NCBI GenBank assembly: GCA_964016885.1
Contig: OZ024746.1
Span: 78,368,001 to 78,432,000, forward strand
DNA: 64,000 nucleotides
Origin: Eledone cirrhosa
Lineage: Eukaryota
Direction of reading: 5' to 3'
Shown: positions 57,068 through 64,000 of the stretch, piece after piece
Layout: every line of letters starts with the position of its first letter
Numbering within the stretch: the first letter of the stretch is position 1
The notes under the pieces: model-generated
What the model saw: only the letters and a program-made list of their open reading frames with translations
What the model was told of the DNA's origin: nothing
The model's database searches: none
Made by a program: the position numbers and the translations under genes

Positions 57068-57780
57068 ATTCTTTTACTTGTCTCAGTCATTGGACTGTGG
57101 TCATACTGGAGCACCACTTTCAAGGTATTCAATATATCATATTGACTCTAATACTTATTTGCTTTTCAAATTTGGTACTTATTTTATCAATCTCTTTTTG
57201 TTGAACTGCTAAGTTGCAGGACGTGTGTGTGTGAGACTACGTAATTTTGATAGAATTATTAAAGCATCAGACAAAATGCTTTGCAGTATTTGTTTCAGTT
57301 ATTTACTTTCTGAGTTCAAATCTTGCCAAGGTCAATTTCAGGGGTCAATAACATAAAGAACCAGTAAGTACCAGTAAAATAATGGGGTTGGTATAATCAA
57401 CTTCCTTTTCTCCCATATTACATTCCGTGTCGAAATTATAAATTATTATCATTATTATTATTAAAGATTGGTTTTGCTTTTCATCCTTACGGGGGGTCGA
57501 TAAAATAAAGTACCAGTAATGCACTGGAGTTGATTTAATCGACTTCCCCCCCCCCCCATATTGGTGGCCTTGTGCCTAAAGTAGAAGCAATTATTATCAT
57601 TATTAAAAGTTAGCTTAATAAAGTACCAGTAATGTACTGGGTAATTGCTGCCTTGTGCCAAAAGTAGAAACAATTATTAAAAGTTAAGCTTTGCCTTTCA
57701 TCCTTACAGGGTCGATAAAATAAAGCACCAGTAATACACTGGGTGTAATTGCTGGCCTTGTGCCAAAAGTAGAAGCATTA
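57068..57780. mobile_element. SINE cluster: another SINE 3' end (-), an old family 1 copy (+) and three tandem family 1 3' halves (+)
   Basis: tcttttacttgtctcagtcattggactg at 57070; gagttcaaatc at 57312; ccttgtgccwaaagtagaa three times in 57568-57774. Confidence 0.8.
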
Positions 57781-58165
57781 TTGTTGTTGTTGTTGTTGTT
57801 GTTGTTGTATCTACTCATTTCCCTTTCTTTTTATTCAATGTAAATTCCACTTTGTGTTGGTTTTCATCTTGGTAGTGTTCCTAGTGCCATGAACCCTGGT
57901 GTCCAATGAAAGAAAACAATATTATTGCTGTAGTTGTTGTTGTAGTTGTTGCTGTAGTTGTTGTTGTAGTTGTTATTTCTGTCATGAATAATGATAGTTT
58001 GATTAAAGACTGTAGTTATCAGTTAACAGAATGTAACAGCAGGTGCTTTTTTAGAGATGCTATATGACTGGGAGGCTGGGTAGCTGGGTAGCTGGCTGAA
58101 ATAACTGTCTTTTAGATAATATGTATGTGTGTGTCTATATATATGTGTTTGTGTGTATTTATGTG

Positions 58166-58200
<35 letters not shown>

Positions 58201-58354
58201 ATGTTTGTGTGTGTATATATGTGTGTGTGTGGTATATGTATATGTGTGTCTATATATATATATGTGTGTGTGTGTGTATATATGTGTGTGTGTGTATATA
58301 TGTGTGTGTGTGTGTGTGTATATATATATGTGTGTGTATATATATATATATATA

Positions 58355-58395
<41 letters not shown>

Positions 58396-58398
<3 letters not shown>

Positions 58399-58564
58399 TA
58401 TCCCAGGTTCAATCAGGGGTAACCACAGTATGTAAGGTACTCAATAGCAGAGTATAAATATTTAATATAGAAATGGCTTCTATAGGACTAGAACTGTTTA
58501 ATTCGAGAGAAATCATGATGATTTCTCATGAATGAAACAGTTCTAGTTCTGTAGAAGCCATTTC

Positions 58565-58570
<6 letters not shown>
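58396..58570 (-). mobile_element. Hairpin element family B copy 2
   Basis: Imperfect 53 bp arms 58464-58516 / 58518-58570; + arm reads GATGA-tttctcatgaat-GAAACAG-ttctagtt-CTGTA; tail homologous to 38546-38614. Confidence 0.8.
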
Positions 58571-58606
<36 letters not shown>

Positions 58607-58608
<2 letters not shown>

Positions 58609-58670
58609 CGAAGGAAGTGTGGTAAGGAACCAGATGGACCATAACGCACCAGAGTACTCAATACTTAAGG
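58607..58670 (-). mobile_element. Family A tail (copy 5) fused to the 5' truncation point of the Penelope-like ORF
   Basis: aacgaaggaagtgtggtaaggaaccagatggaccataacgcaccagagtactcaatacttaagg runs directly into the IYHDD codons. Confidence 0.85.
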
Positions 58671-60016
58671 ATTTATCATGATGATGCTCTCTTTACTATC
58701 TCTAATTGTAACAATGTAAACTTTAATATAATTAAGAAAAATATACTTGATCTATTTAAGCATCTTAACTTAAAATTGAATTCGAGAATAATGATAAACT
58801 AGCAAAGTTCCTTGATATATCCCTTAATCTAGATACCGGCCTATATTACCCATATCATAAGGATAACGAGAACTTAAATGACGTTAACTTTAAATCTAAC
58901 CACCCTAATAACGTTAAAACTGCTATAGTCAAAAGTGTAGAAAAAAGAATTTCTAATTTATCCTCTAATAACGATATCTTCGAAGCTAATACCAACTATT
59001 ATAATAATGCGCTATCTAGGGCTGGATATATAGACAAAATTAGGTATACTAAAGAACTTAATCTTGGCAGAGCTTATAATAACTCTAGTAATGTAGCTAG
59101 TAATAATCATACCACTAACAAAAGGAGGAGACCTAGATATAAAAAATATCCTTTGGTACAACGTTCCCTTCTCTCTTTCCATTATTAATAATAACACTAA
59201 ATTATTTTTTAGGGCATTACATAACAGCTTCCCTCCTTCACATATATATATAGCAAGATTTTCAATAGGCATACTATTAAATTCTCGTATTCTACTACTT
59301 CGAACATTTCTAAAATTATCTCAAGACATAATTCTAAAATATTAAATAATAACTCATATGCATCCAACTATGAGAGTCATAATAATAACGCTAAAAGGCC
59401 CGACGTCAATCTAAACTCTAGGCAAAATAACACAAGTATAAATACGACGTCAAACGTAACTTTGAGGAATGCATCAAATAGTAATGTAAATCTGGAAACT
59501 TTAGCACCTCCTTTAGTTAATTCCACCACTCCAGTTCCTAATATAATTAATTCTGGGCCACTTGCAAATAACTCTGTAAATAATCTTAATCGTAAATGCA
59601 ACTGCCCTATTAGAATTGTCCTCTTAGTAATTTCTGTCTCGATAAAAACCTAGTATACGAATGTAAAGTGGTAACTAGTACCAATACCTATACCTACATT
59701 GGCTCTACTTCTACCTCTTTTAAAGCAAGATTCTATAATCATTCTTCTACATTTAAATCTCCACTTAAAAGGACCAGCACCGCACTCTTATTTGGTCCTT
59801 AAAGACAAAAACATAAATTACGAAATTTCTTGGCGTAAAATCTACAACGCATCTCCATACTCCAATGCTTCCATATCTAGTGTTTGTAATTTATGTCTAG
59901 TTGAAAAATTTACCATTATCTCGAATTTCAACACAATAATAAATCGAAGAACTGATTTATTTGGACTTTGTAATCATAAATCCTACAAGACCTTTCACAA
60001 AGCTGATGGCCTATAA
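58671..60016 (+). pseudogene. 5'-truncated, frameshifted Penelope-like ORF (Naiad-like): RT C-half, thumb, Zn-linker and GIY-YIG endonuclease
   Basis: IYHDD (58671-58685), KFLDISLNL, KSNHP, RISNLSS, ILWYNVPFS, KIFNRHTIKFSYS, CNC..CPL..CL, LVYECKV..YIGST..FKARFYNH, CNLCLVEK, INRRTD..CNH. Confidence 0.92.
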
Positions 60017-60727
60017 CATATTCCACGAGTCACGGTTATCTTTACACATCTTTCATTATATTCTACAATGTATTAATTTGGTTTTCTCATCATATATTAA
60101 GCCTTTGATCTTTTTTTCTGTAGCCTTAGATTTTCGCTCAAACCTTCGTAGATTTTGTAAACAAATTATGACGTCATATGTTTATAAATTATTCTAGCAA
60201 TTTCCTTTAATTACTTGTTGATATAAAATAAAATTAAATAGTATACCCCACATATATACATTTTTACTAGAAATTATTAATTTTGACATAGACTATTTTT
60301 ATTTTTATTTTATTTTATAAAAATCTTTTTTTTATATTTATTTTATTTTATTAATACATTTTTACACTTCTTAATCCAATTTTTAGTATTTAAACCCAAT
60401 ATAAAATAATATACCCAGTTTCTATATTTAGACCTCTAATATTTGAATACCTTCTATAATATTCGCACATACACCTCATCAATTTACTTTTTAACCGTTA
60501 TTTACAGCTGTTTTCATTTTGACAGCATTCCTGATCAAAAGTCTCTCTCTCTCTCTCTTCTTTTTTTTCCTTTCTTCTTTATCTTTTTCCTTTTTCTCCT
60601 TTTCTTTCCTTTTCTTCTATTTTCCTATCTATTTCTTACTATAGTATTAACACTTATATTTCTGTCATATGTAGACTTAGCACTTTCCTGTAAACAAGTG
60701 CTATTATGCCTCATATCATGTTACCTT

Positions 60728-60795
60728 ATTTTATCTGATGAGAACACAATTTTTGTCCCAGGATGATTTTGTATTCAAAATGCACATAATAAAAT
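60728..60795 (+). ncRNA. Type I hammerhead ribozyme in the 3' pLTR of the Penelope-like element (GAAA mutated to AAAA); element ends ~60838
   Basis: Stem I attttat/ataaaat is perfect; CTGATGA 60735-60741; stem II gaacacaa/ttgtattc; short stem III with loop gcac; AUA site at 60786-60788. Confidence 0.8.
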
Positions 60796-60835
60796 ATATG
60801 GAACTCTTTTAACCATCTTTTAATTTCTTCTCTAT

Positions 60836-60903
<68 letters not shown>

Positions 60904-60919
60904 TATTTAGGTTCATATA

Positions 60920-61106
60920 AGGGGCGGTGGATTGGCAGTATCGGTAGAGGGTCGGACGCCATGCTTTCCAGCATAGTTACGTCCCTTTACGATCTGAGTT
61001 CAAATCCCGCCGAGGTTGACTTTGCCTTTCATCCTTACGGATTTGATAAAATAAAGTACCAGTAATGCACTGGGTGATTGCTGGCCTTGTGCCTAAAGTA
61101 GAAACA
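60920..61106 (+). mobile_element. SINE family 1, young full-length copy
   Basis: A and B boxes; 18 bp TSD attatttaggttcatata at 60902-60919 and 61107-61124. Confidence 0.95.
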
Positions 61107-61273
61107 ATTATTTAGGTTCATATATATATATACTTAGAAGAAAATTAGCATACACAATACAGATAATGTATGAGTTTGATATTCATTTATAATTCAAAAC
61201 TTACCAATTTACAATGTCATTCTTATGACTTTGTATTTGATTTAGTAGCAACAGATTTGTTTCATACACAGAG

Positions 61274-61320
<47 letters not shown>

Positions 61321-61510
61321 ACACATATATATATCTATAATTAAGAATAGTTATCTGAAGAAGACTGCATGGGAACCACAGTTACATAATGTACTCAATA
61401 CATTATTAGAGAAGGTACATCTTTTATATAGAAATAACCTCTACAAAGACTGTCTAACAATTCTCGTCTTAAAGGGGTCATTTCTCTCTCTATCTATCTC
61501 CCCCCCCCCC

Positions 61511-61556
<46 letters not shown>

Positions 61557-61844
61557 GTAGAACACTGGAAGGTAATATCCGTAGTGGTAGAGCACTCAGT
61601 CCATGGGACGAGTTAGGTAGAAGTGGTAACACAACAGTTAGTTCACCATACCGAGAACAAATATTGTTCTCGGTATGGTGAACTAACCTTGAAAACCATC
61701 GGCAGTGTATTTCATTAGAAATAAGCAATGGGAAGGGTTAAATATGTGATTACTTGGCTAACTACAACATACCTATAGATGGTTGGCTGTAAAGCAAACA
61801 AAAAGAAGTTGGTCCCACAACATCCAGGCCGAAACAAATGAGAT

Positions 61845-62200
61845 CGTGTAGGTGTCACGACAAAAAAACACACAGTCCACGCTGTAAATGTGGCCGTGTA
61901 GGCAACACGGTAAAAACCTCCCAGCCCCACACTGTAAATGTGGTTGGTGTTAGGAAGGGCATCCGGCTGTAGAAAACCCGCCAGACAGTCCACGCTGTAA
62001 TGTGGCCGTGTAGGCAACACGGTAAAAACCTCCCAGCCCCACACTGTAAATGTGGTTGGTGTTAGGAAGGGCATCCAACTGTAGAAAACCCGCCAGACAG
62101 TCCTATGCGAGCAAGACAACCACTCTTGCCTCAAGTGGGAAAACCCCCGTCCAAACCCATGCAAGCGTGGAACACGGACGCTAAACCTGATGATGATGAT
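61845..62200 (+). mobile_element. SINE family 2 with an internal ~113 bp tandem duplication
   Basis: acagtccacgctgtaa...gtagaaaacccgccag occurs twice; (gat)n tail. Confidence 0.85.
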
Positions 62201-62236
62201 GTGTGTATTTATAGTTGTCTGTTTTCATTTCTTTAA

Positions 62237-62457
62237 CCCCTTTAGCATTTACATTACTCTATATATGTTATTGTATTTTCATGGTAAAGGCATTATCTTA
62301 CATAATATCTCACATAATATCGAATCTATGAGATTTTGATGTTATTTATTTTGAGAACAATACCTTAACGTCAGTATGAGCGGTCAGTTATGGCTGGTTT
62401 GAATAGAAAGAGGTGAGAGAAATCTGGCAACATATAGCCAGTTTAAATGCTAAAGGG
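62237..62457. mobile_element. piggyBac-like MITE family P, intact
   Basis: TTAA|cccctttagcattta ... taaatgctaaaggg|TTAA. Confidence 0.88.
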
Positions 62458-63514
62458 TTAAAGGGAAGGGTGTTTTGTTTTTATAATATATTTTCTTGTA
62501 TATGTTTAAATATAGCATCACCAACACTAGATGGACTGTTGTGTTCTTGGCACAATTGAAGTGTCATCTCAAGTTTTCTTGGCATGGGTCCTACAGCTAA
62601 ATACCTTTCCCATCACCAACCACCTTATTTGGTGTACAGGATGTGTTTTATCATGGAATTAACTCAACTACGAGAAGGGATAAGATGAGGTAGATACATC
62701 ATATATGTAATACATAATATCTATAATATGCATACCCCTTCCACTATCACGCCTCAGTTATTCTCTCCAACATTACACATTCCCTTCCCAGCACTCATGA
62801 GTGCATTTCCACCCTGCGCTATTGTCTAAACCACCCACGCCACCCTCACCCTCACCATCACCATCTTTGCTTCAGTGTTCTCACCACTGCACCCCATCTC
62901 ATGCTATCGAAAGTCAACCCTTTCCCACCCTGTCAAATCATTCAACCCTTGTTATACCTTTATGCTTATCTCCCTCCTATTGCTTACACCCACCTACCCC
63001 GCATCACATAGCAGAGAGGGCTCTTGCTTTGGGACAAGGACCAACAAACTTTCTAGAATTGGTGCTATGAAAATGCACCCTGTATACCTCATAAAGTTGT
63101 TTGCAACAGGGAGGGGCACCTCACTGTAGAAACCATGCCTAAAAGGAGTTGAGTTGAACGGACCCTTCAATTATGTTATGGTGTGACACGCTTTCTTGTT
63201 TTGGGGATCTACACGATAAACACACCCAGTACATGCTGTAAAGTTATTGGTGATAAAAAGAGCAACCAGACATAGGAAAGTTGCCAAACAAAGGGTTGGC
63301 CGGTTGCTTCAGTTGTGTCAGATACATGACAACTTCTCTTGTACACTCGGTAGAATGGGAGACCCTACGTAAGTGAGATACAGTCACCCCCTGGCATGCC
63401 TGGGAGGTCAGTAGCCCTGCTTCAGAACTGACTTGGTCTATGGAAACCTGTCCAACCTTGCTAGGAGGGAAAACAGTCATTAAATGTTGATGATACAATA
63501 TATGTGTGTGTGTG

Positions 63515-63575
<61 letters not shown>

Positions 63576-63679
63576 ATATATATGTATATGTAACGGTAAT
63601 AACAGAAATAACAAAACAAATGGCACAGTACATAGAAGAAGAAATATATTAGTTTAATGCTTGAAATAGCAGGAAGAGA

Positions 63680-63716
63680 GTTTTAACGTTTCAAACACTA
63701 GTCCTTCATCAGAAGA
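63680..63716 (-). ncRNA. Minimal hammerhead-like motif
   Basis: Minus strand CTGATGA aggactagtgttt GAAACGTTA, with palindromic AACGTT; stem I is weak; degenerate sister at 26768-26797 (+). Confidence 0.5.
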
Positions 63717-63922
63717 TAAATAGAAAGTAAAGAGTGGTGAGAGGAAGGAAAGGGGGGGGGGTGAGAAAAAGATTGGGGAGGAAAATAAAACGTGTGTATT
63801 CAGTCGGCCATCTTGGAGAGTATACTTATATATATGTAGAAGTTATCCGGGTGCTTCCAACCAAAATGGTCGCATTCTTTAAGGGTATGTCAATATTTGT
63901 TTATAAAACTGATCTATATTAT

Positions 63923-63985
63923 ATTTTATCTGATGAAAGCGCACCATAATTTGCTTTGGTGTCCTTGAAATATGTATAATGAAAT
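63923..63985 (+). ncRNA. Type I hammerhead ribozyme with intact core (Penelope-like pLTR type)
   Basis: Stem I attttat/atgaaat; CTGATGA 63930-63936; stem II aagcgcacca/tggtgtcctt; GAAA 63967-63970; stem III with loop atgt; AUA cleavage after 63978; AATAAA follows. Confidence 0.8.
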
Positions 63986-64000
63986 AAATATGGTTTTATA

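Overview
AT-rich, repeat-saturated eukaryotic DNA with no host gene that I can recognise. The SINE types, (TA)n/(CA)n/(GTG)n density and Penelope-like remnants fit an octopod cephalopod intron or intergenic region (inference). Almost all long ORFs in the track are artefacts of frame-preserving micro- and minisatellites. The real content is: many tRNA-derived SINEs of at least four families; two decayed Penelope-like elements (RT plus GIY-YIG, Naiad-like); two RTE-LINE remnants; a hATm deletion derivative; hAT-Charlie, piggyBac-like and Tc2/pogo-like MITEs; a Helitron; and several minisatellites, some born inside SINEs. The most interesting signal is a set of short (110-210 bp) elements that sit in (TA)n tracts. 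They share a TTGAGTAC 3' motif, carry the 3' half of a minimal type I hammerhead ribozyme, and are folded into long hairpins whose turn lies in the ribozyme core or stem II. One of their tails is fused to the 5'-truncated Penelope-like ORF, and several near-complete hammerheads lie nearby. All assignments come from reading by eye; no database search or folding program was run.
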